Assembly (NCBI GenBank): GCA_036279015.1
Contig: DASUJY010000072.1
Coordinates: 962 to 64,961, forward strand
Reading direction: 5' to 3'
Length of the DNA stretch: 64,000 nt
Source of the DNA: Gaiellaceae bacterium
GTDB taxonomy: Bacteria > Actinomycetota > Thermoleophilia > Gaiellales > Gaiellaceae
The notes beneath the pieces were generated by a model. The model was not told where the DNA came from. It searched no databases and saw nothing but the letters and a program-made list of their open reading frames with translations. The position numbers were made by a program, and so were the translations under genes. Positions 17,509 to 29,223 of this stretch are shown here, piece after piece; the first letter of the stretch is position 1, and every line of letters begins with the position of its first letter.

Positions 17509-17866
17509 TGGAGGCGGCGGGAATCGAACCCGCGTCCGCGGACGCACCGGAGAGAGCCTCTACAAGCTTGTCCTGCGCTTTGAATTCGCCCGCCGGCCGG
17601 TTCGCAGGCGACCTACCGACGGACTAGCCATCCTTTGAAGTCCCGCTCCGGGCGATTGGCTCTCCCTCGGCGGCGAGCCCGTTTCTGGCGCCGGATTCCG
17701 TCCCACGGGCCGAAGACGGAGCGACGTCGCTACCTAATTACTTAGGCAGCGAGTGCGAGATCGTTCTTCGCACTTGCGTTGTTCCCGGTTGTTTTACGAG
17801 GCCGACCGGGGACCTCGGCTTGCAGCTCTTCCGGAGAACCGACCACGTCGAAGCCAGGTCGCCCCC
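17509..17866 (-). ncRNA. ssrA: tmRNA (SsrA)
   Basis: The 5' end GGGGGCGACCUGGCUUCGACGUGG pairs with the 3' CGCCUCC(A). T-arm is GCGGGUUCGAUUCCCGC. An internal tag frame at 17786-17742 reads (G)NNASAKNDLALAA-UAA. CCA is not fully encoded. Confidence 0.93.
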
Positions 17867-17879
17867 CAGTCCTCGAATT

Positions 17880-18899
17880 CTAGCGCCAGATCGTCGCCAT
17901 CGGGCTCACGTCGGCCGCGTGGGCGAGGTGCGTGCCGATGCCGAAGCCGTCCTCGACGGTGCGCAGGACGCTGTAGTGGTAGTACGAGCCTCCGTACTCG
18001 CCAGCAGCGACCAGCGGGCTGATCACGAAGCAGGCGACGTGGCCGCCCGAGCCGAGGCCGTTCTTCTTCGCCATGCCGTCCTGGCGTTGATCCTCGTCGT
18101 ACGTGACGATGATGACGCCGTCCGAGCCGAAGGCCGGCGAGGTCTCGATCTTCGGGATCTCTCGCTCGAGGAACGCGTCGAACTGCCGAATGCGGCCGTT
18201 GATCGGCTTGCAGTTCGATTCTCCGTCCTCGCAGCCGTTCGGGAGGACGAGATTGAAGTTCGGCACGTCGCCGGACGCGAGCGCGTCGTCGAAGATGTAC
18301 ATCGGCCGGTCCGCCTCGTCGCCCGCATAAATGTCATTCGCGAGGCACTCCTCCGACTTCGCCGTCTCGGACCAGACGCCGCCGACACCCTCGATGTTGT
18401 CGTAGTTGATGGGTGGATTCCCCGTCGTGTAGAAGCCTGTCAACGGGCAGGCGCCCTGCGGGGCGCAGCTTCCGCCCGAGCCGGTGTCGCATTTCGCCGT
18501 GCCGCCCTCGAGCCAGGTCTTCCACGTGAGGCCGTTGACGTCGAGCTGGTGGTAGATGTTGTTCACGTCCTGATGGCAGGCCGCGCCGCCGTCCTGCTGC
18601 TGGCAGCGGTTGAACTGCCCGGAGGTGAGGGCGATGTAGTTCGCCTGCGACCAGTGCGTGGCCGCACGGTAGTTCGTGAACCAGGCCGAGCGCGGACGCA
18701 GCGTCCCCATCATGTAGGGCGCCCTCGTCGCGTCGAGGTGCGTGTAGGTCGTGTTCTCACCGACGATGAGGAAGACGTGCCCGAAGCGCGGGATGCCCTC
18801 GAGTCCGGTCGTCGGAGCCCCGGCGATGCGCGCGCCGGCGGGAGATGCGGTGACCAGACACGCAACCGCGCTGAGCGCTACGAGAAGGGAGCGCCGCAT
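17880..18899 (-). CDS. secreted phosphoesterase-family protein (acid phosphatase/phospholipase C-like fold)
   Basis: Signal peptide MRRSLLVALSAVACLVTASPAGA. HVFLIVGENTTY and VIIVTYDED resemble phosphoesterase-family motifs. Cys-rich. Confidence 0.6.
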   Translation of the reverse strand: MRRSLLVALSAVACLVTASPAGARIAGAPTTGLEGIPRFGHVFLIVGENTTYTHLDATRAPYMMGTLRPRSAWFTNYRAATHWSQANYIALTSGQFNRCQQQDGGAACHQDVNNIYHQLDVNGLTWKTWLEGGTAKCDTGSGGSCAPQGACPLTGFYTTGNPPINYDNIEGVGGVWSETAKSEECLANDIYAGDEADRPMYIFDDALASGDVPNFNLVLPNGCEDGESNCKPINGRIRQFDAFLEREIPKIETSPAFGSDGVIIVTYDEDQRQDGMAKKNGLGSGGHVACFVISPLVAAGEYGGSYYHYSVLRTVEDGFGIGTHLAHAADVSPMATIWR

Positions 18900-18992
18900 C
18901 GTCCTGCGATTCTCCCGCGCCCAACGGCTCGGCGCAACCCCGGCGCTAGCGGCTCCGATCCGCCCCGCTTCCCATTGCCTTCCCAGTCGGGT

Positions 18993-19217
18993 TCAGCAGG
19001 TGTCTGCCGAGCGCCGCCTCCGGTGAAGCGCCGTGATGACCCCGACGTTCGCCGCCACGATCGCCAGCGAGATGGCAAGCCGGTACCACCACGCCGTGTC
19101 GTCTCTGAGCACCTGCTGCTGAACCGCGACGATCGGGACGATCGGGACGACATAGGTCCAGAGCGGAGCCCAACGGCCTTCTGCAGCCTCGCACCTGAAC
19201 AGCGCGCTTCCTCTCAT
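18993..19217 (-). CDS. small membrane protein (74 aa, two predicted TM segments)
   Basis: The ATG follows AAAGGGGAA. Hydrophobic stretches are LWTYVVPIVPIVAV and LAISLAIVAANVGVITAL. No family recognised. Confidence 0.4.
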   Translation of the reverse strand: MRGSALFRCEAAEGRWAPLWTYVVPIVPIVAVQQQVLRDDTAWWYRLAISLAIVAANVGVITALHRRRRSADTC

Positions 19218-19320
19218 CCGGTTCCCCTTTCGAATCGTAGTGCGAAGAAACAGGGTGGCCGAAGCGTCAGCGGGTCGCAGTGGGGTCAGCGTGCCTCTCG
19301 AAGTACGGGCAGCCGAACCG

Positions 19321-19785
19321 TCAGCCGCGGCGATCCTTGAGCGCCCGCTCGATCTGGCGCTTCGCGTCCCGATCGGCGAGGTCGCGGCGCTTGTCTCGCG
19401 CCTCCTTGCCACGCGCCAGCGCGATCTCGACCTTCACGCGTCCGTCCTTGAAGTAGAGGCGCGTGGGGACGAGCGTCAGGCCGCGCTCCCGCGTCTTCCC
19501 CAGCAGTGAGTCGATCTCGCGCCGGTGAAGCAGGAGCTTGCGGTCGCGATCCGGGTCGTGGTTGGCGAGGTTCCCCTGTGCGTACTCGTCGATGTGGACG
19601 CCGACAAGCCAGACCTCGTTGCCGCGCACGTCGGCGAACGCGCGCGCGAGATCGGCGCGGCCCGCCCGCAGCGACTTCACCTCGGTGCCCGTAAGGGCGA
19701 TGCCCGCCTCGTAGCGCTCGAGCAGGTGATAGTCGTGCCGGGCACGCCTGTTCTCTGCAATGAGCTTGGCCCCGCCGGTCGCCAT
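19321..19785 (-). CDS. smpB: SsrA-binding protein SmpB
   Basis: [11 protein letters not shown]...[13 protein letters not shown]...LLLHRREI...LVPTRLYFK. Confidence 0.95.
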   Translation of the reverse strand: MATGGAKLIAENRRARHDYHLLERYEAGIALTGTEVKSLRAGRADLARAFADVRGNEVWLVGVHIDEYAQGNLANHDPDRDRKLLLHRREIDSLLGKTRERGLTLVPTRLYFKDGRVKVEIALARGKEARDKRRDLADRDAKRQIERALKDRRG

Positions 19786-19986
19786 GCCTGGATTGGACCA
19801 AAAGTTCGCCGAGCCGGGTGTCGCTTTCGTCCACCACCCCGGCTGACCTTCCGCTTCCGCGTAGTGCCTACCGGTGTGACTTCGACCTACTCGCGCCCCG
19901 TGCTCGGCGCAGGGGGGACGTTAAGGGACGCAGCCGCACCGGTTCAAGTGCCGCCGGAGAGAAGTCTTCGCAAAGAGCGGAGTTTT

Positions 19987-21666
19987 CTATCCGGCGAGCT
20001 CGAGGCTCACTCGTCCGCCCGGCCGCTCGAGCCGGTCGACCCGGACGCGGATGCCGTCGCCGAGCCGATAGGAGTGCCCGCTCCGCCGCCCGACGAGCGC
20101 GGTCGCGAGCGGATTGAGCTCGAAGTAGTCGCCGGGCAGCTTCCGCGCCGGTACGTAGCCCTCGAAGACGGCGTCGAAGCGGACGAAGATGCCGGAGCCG
20201 ATCGCGCCGACGATCTCGCCGTCGAACTCGGCGTCCCAGCCGAGCTCGAAGAGGCGCCGTTCGAGCAGCCAGGCGAGGCAGATCTCGTCGGCGTCGTACT
20301 CGATCGCCGAGATCTCGCGCTCGCGCGACGAAGTCCATTCCGCCAGGTCCCCCAGCGCTTCCGGAAGCGGCTCGTCGGCGGCGCCGAGCTCGCCCAGGAG
20401 CGCCCGGTGGACGACGAGGTCGGGATAGCGGCGGATCGGCGAGGTGAAGTGGCAATACGCCCGGCTCGCGAGGCCCGAATGCCCGAGGTTGCGCGGGTCG
20501 TAGCGCGCCTGCTTAAGCGCCCGCAGGACGAGCGCGGGAAACGCTTCGCCCCCGCGCCCAGACTGCTCGGTGTAGACCGCCACCCGTTCGCTCACCCGGG
20601 CCGCCAGCTTCGCGGCCTCGGCGGGCCGCAACTGCTCGGGCGCCGGCGGCGTCGGGACCTCGAGCTCAGCGAGCTTCGCGAGCAGGAGCTCGACCGACTG
20701 CGGATCGGGACGCTCGTGCACGCGGTAGAGGGCGTCGCGCTTCCTACCCGCGAGGAGGCCCGCAACCGCCTCGTTCGCGAGGATCATCAGCTCTTCGACG
20801 AGCGAATGGGCGAGCGGCTCCGCCTCGATCCAGGCGCGCTCGACGCCGCCCTCGCCGTCGAAGGCGAACGCCGTCTCGCCGGCCTCGATTCGGAGGGCGC
20901 CGCGCGCGTAGCGGCGGCGGCGTAGCTCGGTCGCCACGACCTCGGCGAGTCCCAGCGCATCGGTGACCTCGTCCTCGGCCCGCTCGACCCCGGCGAGGAT
21001 CGCCTGGGCGTGCGAGTACGTGAGGCGCTCGCGGCTTCGGATGACGCTCCGGTAGAAGCTCGGCTCGCCGGCCTCCATGGCGGCGTCGAAGACCACCTCG
21101 ACGGTCACGCAGCGCCGGTCCTGGTGCGGTCGCAGGCTGCAGAGATCTGCGGAGAGCTCGGCCGGCAGCATCGGCTCGACGCGGCCAGGCACGTAGGTCG
21201 AGAAGGCGCGTTCGGCCGCATCCCGGTCGAGCGCCGAGCCGGCCGGCACGTAGGCGGAGACGTCTGCGATATGGACCCAGGCGCGGATGCCCTCCCCCTC
21301 GCGCCGGAAGCTCAGCGCGTCGTCGAAATCCTTCGCCTCGTCGGGGTCGATCGTGAACGCGAAGAGGCCGCGGAGGTCGGCGCGGTCGGCCTCGAGCGTC
21401 TCCGGCGGCGCCGGGACGGGAGCATGCGGACGGCGGGCGCCACGGTGCCAGAGCAGCCCCTCGAGCACGGCGCCGACGTCCTCGGGGCGGCCGAGGAGCT
21501 CCTCGACGCGGGCCCGTCCGCGGCCGAGGCGCAGGACGACCAGGTCACCCGGGGACGCATCGCCGGACCCCTTGCGGTCGACCGTGACCGGAACGCCTCC
21601 CTCGAAGAACGGCTCGCCCACGAGGAGCTTCCCGCGCCGGGCAAGCTCCGCCACGAGGATCTCCAT
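19987..21666 (-). CDS. rnr: RNase R/RNase II-family 3'-5' exoribonuclease (short form, RNB plus C-terminal S1)
   Basis: RNB motifs FTIDPDEAKDFDDA and HFTSPIRRYPDL. C-terminal S1-like GEIVGAIGSGIFVRF. Confidence 0.9.
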   Translation of the reverse strand: MEILVAELARRGKLLVGEPFFEGGVPVTVDRKGSGDASPGDLVVLRLGRGRARVEELLGRPEDVGAVLEGLLWHRGARRPHAPVPAPPETLEADRADLRGLFAFTIDPDEAKDFDDALSFRREGEGIRAWVHIADVSAYVPAGSALDRDAAERAFSTYVPGRVEPMLPAELSADLCSLRPHQDRRCVTVEVVFDAAMEAGEPSFYRSVIRSRERLTYSHAQAILAGVERAEDEVTDALGLAEVVATELRRRRYARGALRIEAGETAFAFDGEGGVERAWIEAEPLAHSLVEELMILANEAVAGLLAGRKRDALYRVHERPDPQSVELLLAKLAELEVPTPPAPEQLRPAEAAKLAARVSERVAVYTEQSGRGGEAFPALVLRALKQARYDPRNLGHSGLASRAYCHFTSPIRRYPDLVVHRALLGELGAADEPLPEALGDLAEWTSSREREISAIEYDADEICLAWLLERRLFELGWDAEFDGEIVGAIGSGIFVRFDAVFEGYVPARKLPGDYFELNPLATALVGRRSGHSYRLGDGIRVRVDRLERPGGRVSLELAG

Positions 21667-22836
21667 CTAGGCAGTCAGCTGCCTGCTGAGAAGGCGCTCC
21701 GCCACCCGGAGCATCTCGTCCGGGCGCGTGAGCGGGTCGTCGCTCGCCCGCACCGCGGGATGGAAGCCGTGCCCGGCCAGGTCGACTCCCGAAGGCGTCA
21801 GGTAGGTCGCGGTCGTCAGCTTGAGGGCGCGCCCCTCCGACAGCGGGCGGATCGACTGCACCGACGCCTTGCCGTAGGTGCGCTTGCCGACGACGGTGGC
21901 GCGCTTGTTGTCGGCCAGTGCCGCAGCGACGATCTCGGCGGCGCTCGCACTCCCGCGGTCGACGAGGACGATGACCGGCAGCTGCGGGAAGTCGGCGCCG
22001 CCGCTCACCTCGTAGACGGTCTCGTCCTGATGCAGGCCCGAGACCGTGCAGACGACGCCCTCCTCGAGGAAGACCGACGCAGTGCGCACGGCCTCGGTGA
22101 GCAGGCCGCCGGGGTTGTCGCGGAGGTCGAGGATGACGCCCTGCGCGCCGCGGTCGACGAGCGCCTCGGTCGCGGCGTTAACCCGCTCGGCGCTCGAGTC
22201 GGGGAAGGAGAGGAGCCGGAGGTACCCGAGCTTCGCTCCGGAGAACCGCACGAGGCGAGAGGAGAGCGACGGCACCGCCACGTCGGAGCGCATGACCGTG
22301 AAATCGAGCTTGCCGCCCTTCCTGCGCACGGTCAGGTGGACGACCGTGCCCTTCTCGCCCTTGATCAGGTTGAGCGACTGGTCGAAGGTCAGCTTCCCCG
22401 CCGGCCGGCCCTGGATTCGGACGATGATGTCTCCCGGCCGAACGCCCGCTTCCCGGGCGGGGCCCTCGAGCGCCGACGTGACGACCAACCCCGCGCGCGA
22501 CGGCTCGACCGTGAGGCCAACGCCCGAATAGCTCCTCGCCGTCCGGTTCTTCAGCGACGTGTACTCGGCGGCGGTCAGATACTGCGTGTTCGGGTCGCCG
22601 AGCGCCTCGAGCAGGTCCGGGATCGTCTGCTGCGAGAGCACGTCAGGCCCGACCGGCCGGTAGTAGTTCTCGGCCAGCTCGGCCCGCACCTCGGCGACGG
22701 GGTCGACGGCGCTCGAGGTGGGTACCTCGCGCGTCTCGCTTCCCGCGAGGCCTCCCGAGCGCGTAAGCACCAGCCCGAGCCCGAAAGCAGCCCCGAGCAG
22801 GAGGAGGATCAGGGCAAATCCACCCGCGCGTCTCAT
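21667..22836 (-). CDS. carboxy-terminal processing protease (peptidase S41, PDZ domain)
   Basis: N-terminal TM, PDZ region GDIIVRIQGRP, catalytic GSASAAE and TYGKASVQ. Start taken at Met 30 of the ORF. Confidence 0.9.
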   Translation of the reverse strand: MRRAGGFALILLLLGAAFGLGLVLTRSGGLAGSETREVPTSSAVDPVAEVRAELAENYYRPVGPDVLSQQTIPDLLEALGDPNTQYLTAAEYTSLKNRTARSYSGVGLTVEPSRAGLVVTSALEGPAREAGVRPGDIIVRIQGRPAGKLTFDQSLNLIKGEKGTVVHLTVRRKGGKLDFTVMRSDVAVPSLSSRLVRFSGAKLGYLRLLSFPDSSAERVNAATEALVDRGAQGVILDLRDNPGGLLTEAVRTASVFLEEGVVCTVSGLHQDETVYEVSGGADFPQLPVIVLVDRGSASAAEIVAAALADNKRATVVGKRTYGKASVQSIRPLSEGRALKLTTATYLTPSGVDLAGHGFHPAVRASDDPLTRPDEMLRVAERLLSRQLTA

Positions 22837-22876
22837 AGTGGCCGCAGCCGAAGTATAGGCGCCCGGCGGATGGGCC

Positions 22877-23758
22877 TCAGACGCGCAGGAAGCGGCGCAG
22901 GGTGATGCCGGAGCCGGCCGCACCGACCGCGAGCGCGACGCCGACGAGGATCAGCGCCGTCAGCGGGAAGCTGAGCGCGTGCACGTCGTCCTCCCGGAAG
23001 GCGGTGCTGTGGCCCTCGATCACGGGCAGCGCGAGCTCCTTCGCCAGGACGAGCAGGACGACGGCCGCGATCGCCCCGATCAGGCCGCAGATCACCCCCT
23101 CGAGCATGAACGGCCCGCGCACGAACCAGTTCGACGCCCCGACGAGCTTCATCACCTCCACCTCTCGCCGCCGGGAGAAGATCGACAGACGGATCGTGTT
23201 CGCGATCAGGATCGTCGAGGCGATCATGAGGATGATCGAGCCGAGCAGGAAGATGTACTTGATCACGTTCGTGACCGAGAGGATCCGCTCGGTCTTCTTC
23301 TCGGCGTAGTCGACCTTGTCGACCCCCGCCGGGAGCGGCTCGAGCCGGTTGGCCAGGGCCGCGACCTGGTCGGCATCCTTCGGTGTCACCTCGAAGGCAT
23401 TCGGAAGCGGGTTCCCCGGAAGGTTCTTGACGAGGTCGGGGTACTTCTCCTTCATCCGGGCGAGCGCGTCCTCCTTCGAGACGAAGACGACGTCCTTCGT
23501 CTCGGGAAAGCTCTCGAGCTTCGCGCCGACGGCGTTGATCTGCGCCTGCGTGGCGTCGGGCTGCTGGACGAAGAAGACCTTGACCATGACGTCCTTGCGC
23601 ACGTGGTCGGTCCACGAGTTCACCCACGAGAAGAGAGCGATGAAGAGCCCGAGCAGGAACATGCCGATCAGCACGGTCATCGTCGCCGCCACGGTCGTGG
23701 AGATGTTTCCGCCGATCGAGCGAAAGGCCTCGCCGAAGAAGAGCTTCGCGCGCGGCAT
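22877..23758 (-). CDS. ftsX: cell-division ABC transporter permease-like protein FtsX
   Basis: Typical FtsX N-terminus MPRAKLFFGEAFRSIGGN, four TM segments with a large first loop, immediately downstream of ftsE. Confidence 0.9.
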   Translation of the reverse strand: MPRAKLFFGEAFRSIGGNISTTVAATMTVLIGMFLLGLFIALFSWVNSWTDHVRKDVMVKVFFVQQPDATQAQINAVGAKLESFPETKDVVFVSKEDALARMKEKYPDLVKNLPGNPLPNAFEVTPKDADQVAALANRLEPLPAGVDKVDYAEKKTERILSVTNVIKYIFLLGSIILMIASTILIANTIRLSIFSRRREVEVMKLVGASNWFVRGPFMLEGVICGLIGAIAAVVLLVLAKELALPVIEGHSTAFREDDVHALSFPLTALILVGVALAVGAAGSGITLRRFLRV

Positions 23759-23764
23759 CTACAT

Positions 23765-24448
23765 CTAGTCGGTCGTGTACTGGCCGCGCCGCTCGTCGCG
23801 GACGACGTCGCCGCAGTCGAGTGCGATCACGCGCTTGCGCATCTTGTCGACCATCTCGCGATCGTGCGTCGCCATGAGGACGGTGGTGCCGGTTCGGTTG
23901 ATCCGGTAGAGAAGCTGCATGATCCCGACCGAGGTGTCGGGGTCGAGATTCCCCGTCGGCTCGTCGCAGATGAGGAGCGGCGGATGGTTGACGAACGCGC
24001 GCGCGATCGAGACCCGCTGCTGCTCGCCGCCCGACAGCTCGTCGGGGAGCGAGTTCATCTTGCCGGAGAGGCCGACCAGCGCCAGCACCTCCGGCACCTT
24101 GGTCCGGATCGCGCGCTTCGGCTCGCCCTGTACCTTGAGCGCGTAGGCGACGTTCTCGGAGGCGGTCCGGTTCGGGAGCAGCTTGAAGTCCTGGAAGACG
24201 CAGCCGATGTTGCGGCGCAGCATCGGGACCTTCGAGCTCTTCAGGCGGGCGAGCTCACGGCCGCCGACGATGATCCGGCCCGCCGTCGGCTCGAGCTCCT
24301 TGAGGAGCAGGCGCATGATCGTCGACTTGCCCGAGCCGGAGGGCCCGACCAGGAAGACGAACTCTCCCTTCTCGATCACGAACGAGGCGTCGCGCAGCGC
24401 GACGACGTGCGGGTCGTAGACCTTGCGCACCTCCTCGAAGCAGATCAT
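23765..24448 (-). CDS. ftsE: cell-division ATP-binding protein FtsE
   Basis: [11 protein letters not shown]..., [28 protein letters not shown]. An alternative GTG start at 24553 would add 35 residues. Confidence 0.9.
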   Translation of the reverse strand: MICFEEVRKVYDPHVVALRDASFVIEKGEFVFLVGPSGSGKSTIMRLLLKELEPTAGRIIVGGRELARLKSSKVPMLRRNIGCVFQDFKLLPNRTASENVAYALKVQGEPKRAIRTKVPEVLALVGLSGKMNSLPDELSGGEQQRVSIARAFVNHPPLLICDEPTGNLDPDTSVGIMQLLYRINRTGTTVLMATHDREMVDKMRKRVIALDCGDVVRDERRGQYTTD

Positions 24449-24637
24449 CGGCGAGCTCGCCGGGGCCGGTGCGTGCCCGTTTCCGTTCAACGGCGCCGCG
24501 ACGGGCGCCTCGGAGGCTTCCTGGACGCGTTCTGAAAGATGGGTTTCCTGCACCGGAAAAGAAGGAGCGCCCTGGGCACGAGCGCGCCGGTCACGTGGCT
24601 TACCAGCGGCGGAGTCTAGCGCATCCTTCGGCGGCTC

Positions 24638-25751
24638 TCACCCTCTACCCCCGCTAGTTGCAGCTGTTTTCAGGAGATATGCCTGGATGAAGGGGTCGAG
24701 GTTGCCGTCGAGGACGCCCTGCGTGTTGCCCTCTTCGACGTCGGTGCGGTGGTCCTTGACCAGCTGGTAGGGGTGGAGGACGTAGCTGCGGATCTGGCTG
24801 CCGAAGCCGGTCGTCATCACCTCGCCGCGCTCCCGCGCCAGCTCCTCCTCGCGTCGCTCCTGCTCGAGCTCGGCGAGCCGGCTCCGCAGGATCTTGAGCG
24901 CTGTCGTCTTGTTCGAGAGCTGCGAGCGCTCGTTCTGGACGCTGACGACGATCCCACTGGGCAGGTGCGTGATCCGCACCGCCGAGTCCGTCTTGTTGAC
25001 GTGCTGGCCGCCGGCGCCGCTCGCGCGATAGGTGTCGATCCGCAGGTCGGACTCGTCGATCTCGGTTCCTTCCCCGTCCGAGACGAGCGGGCTGACGATC
25101 ACCTGGGCGAAGGACGTGTGGCGGCGGTGCGCCTGGTCGAACGGAGAGAGGCGGACGAGGCGGTGGACGCCGCGCTCGGCCTTCAGCACTCCGTAGGCGT
25201 TCTCGCCGGAGACGGTGAAGGCGGCGGACTTGAGGCCCGCCTCCTCTCCCGGCGAGGCTTCCAGGAGCTCGGTCTTGTAGCCGCGCGCCTCCGCCCAGCG
25301 CAGGTACATGCGCAGAACCATCTCCGCCCAGTCCTGGGCGTCCGTCCCTCCTTCGCCGGCATGGATCGAGACGACGGCGTCGCCGGAGTCGTACTCGCCG
25401 GAGAAGAGCGCCTCCTCCTGGAGGCGCTCGAGCTCGCGCTTGAGCGCCGCGACGCTCTCCGCGACTTCTTCGAGCTCTCCGTCCTCCGAGGCGAGTCCGG
25501 CGAGCTCGTTCAGGTCGGTCGACTCGCGGGTGAGGCCGTCGTAGCGCTCGCGCCGGCGCGCGAGCCGCGCGTGCTCGGCCGAGATCTTCGCTGCCCGCTC
25601 CCGGTCGTCCCAGAAGCCGGGCGCTCCCATCGCCTCCTCGAGCTCGGCGACGCGGACGCTCAGGGCGTCCGGGTCAAAGGTAATCACGGACCCAGTCCAG
25701 CTGGGCCCTGATTTCCTCCAGGTCTCGCTCGACGGCGGCGCGGTCGGCCAC
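24638..25751 (-). CDS. prfB: peptide chain release factor 2, expressed through a programmed +1 frameshift
   Basis: Frame 0 runs from GTG 25751 for 25 codons ([25 protein letters not shown]) to CTT TGA C at 25679-25673. The +1 frame continues DPDALSV... to TGA 24638. SPF and GGQ motifs are present. Confidence 0.92.
25673..25679 (-). other. RF2 autoregulatory +1 frameshift site CUU UGA C
   Basis: Read directly on the minus strand. An in-frame UGA follows codon 25, and the downstream +1 frame carries the rest of RF2. Confidence 0.9.
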
Positions 25752-25766
25752 AGGTGGATCGTACCG

Positions 25767-26333
25767 TCAGCGGGTGCCGACGAAGCGGAAGCCGATCTCC
25801 CGCAGCTTCTTCGTCCGGATGAGGTTGCGCTCCTCCTCCTCGGTCACGGCCGCGTGCGCTTCCCGGAAGAGATAGGGCTCCCGGGTGAGCGTGCGGCGGG
25901 TGAAGCGCTCGTCCAGCCAAGGGATCATCGCTTCCGACGTGTGCAGTCCGCGGTGCTCCTCGTGCCAGTCGGCGTGGTCGAGCCCCACCGCGGCGGCTGA
26001 CTTTGCATCGAGGCGCTCCCAGGCGAACTCGTCGACGGCCAGGGTGCCGCCCGGCGCGAGCAGGCCGGCGATCTTGTCCAGAGCGGCGGGCAAGTCGTGG
26101 ACGTGGTGGAGCGAGCTGCTCGCGACGACGGCGTCGAACGACCCGGGCTCGTCGAGCTCTTCGATCGTCGTGCGGCGAAAGAGCGGCCCCGCCGGCGCCT
26201 TGGGGTCGATCGCGACGACGTCGTAGCCCGCTCCCGCCAACGCCTTCGCGAGCTCACCGGCGCCGCAGCCGACCTCGAGCACGCGCGCCGGCGGAGCAGG
26301 AAGCTCGGCCAGAAGAAACTCGTCCACCCGCAT
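25767..26333 (-). CDS. class I SAM-dependent methyltransferase
   Basis: VLEVGCGAGELAKALAGAGYDVVAIDP, then the later motif VVASSSLHHV. Confidence 0.8.
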   Translation of the reverse strand: MRVDEFLLAELPAPPARVLEVGCGAGELAKALAGAGYDVVAIDPKAPAGPLFRRTTIEELDEPGSFDAVVASSSLHHVHDLPAALDKIAGLLAPGGTLAVDEFAWERLDAKSAAAVGLDHADWHEEHRGLHTSEAMIPWLDERFTRRTLTREPYLFREAHAAVTEEEERNLIRTKKLREIGFRFVGTR

Positions 26334-26534
26334 GCCTTCAAGTCTTAGCGGAACGACGGCGAGAAAGTTCCAAAGTTGTCACAGTTTTCACTTGACGCCG
26401 TGCGGTGTCGGACACCGTTCGGTTGGCGCCGCGGGCTGGGCGTCGGAAGACCGCTTCACGACTGGGATCGAGCGTCGCGCCGAGGGTGGATCGCTATCGG
26501 CAGAGATCGCGGCGCAGCCGAAGATTTCGCCCGA

Positions 26535-29204
<2,670 letters not shown>

Positions 29205-29223
29205 CAGTTCAGGGTACCGGTTG

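Larger units (their letters stand above)
5198..17541 (-). mobile_element. putative integrase-less genomic island inserted at the tmRNA 3' end
   Basis: Bracketed by the two 34-nt ssrA-derived direct repeats. Non-coding spacers visibly poorer in GC sit at both ends (5232-5651, 17250-17507). No recombinase ORF was recognised inside. Confidence 0.45.

Noticed and set aside
19786-19986. 200-nt rnr-smpB spacer with an imperfect 9-bp hairpin (19811-19843), considered as a small RNA or attenuator
   Set aside because: No recognisable RNA family signature. The single bulged hairpin could equally be an rnr terminator. Not enough evidence for a feature call.
24449-24553. GTG 24553 as the ftsE start, which would add a 35-residue N-terminal extension
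   Set aside because: FtsE proteins normally begin at the MIxFxxV strand, which matches ATG 24448. The first codons of the extension have poor third-position GC and neither candidate has a clear SD. It is kept only as an alternative.
26334-26534. Possible promoter or leaderless start signals (TAAGACT 8 nt before the methyltransferase ATG) and a CGGTGTC-G-GACACCG palindrome in the secA-methyltransferase spacer
   Set aside because: No convincing -35 element lies at a proper spacing. The palindrome is 120 nt from the secA stop with no T-tract. This is too weak to call without TSS data.
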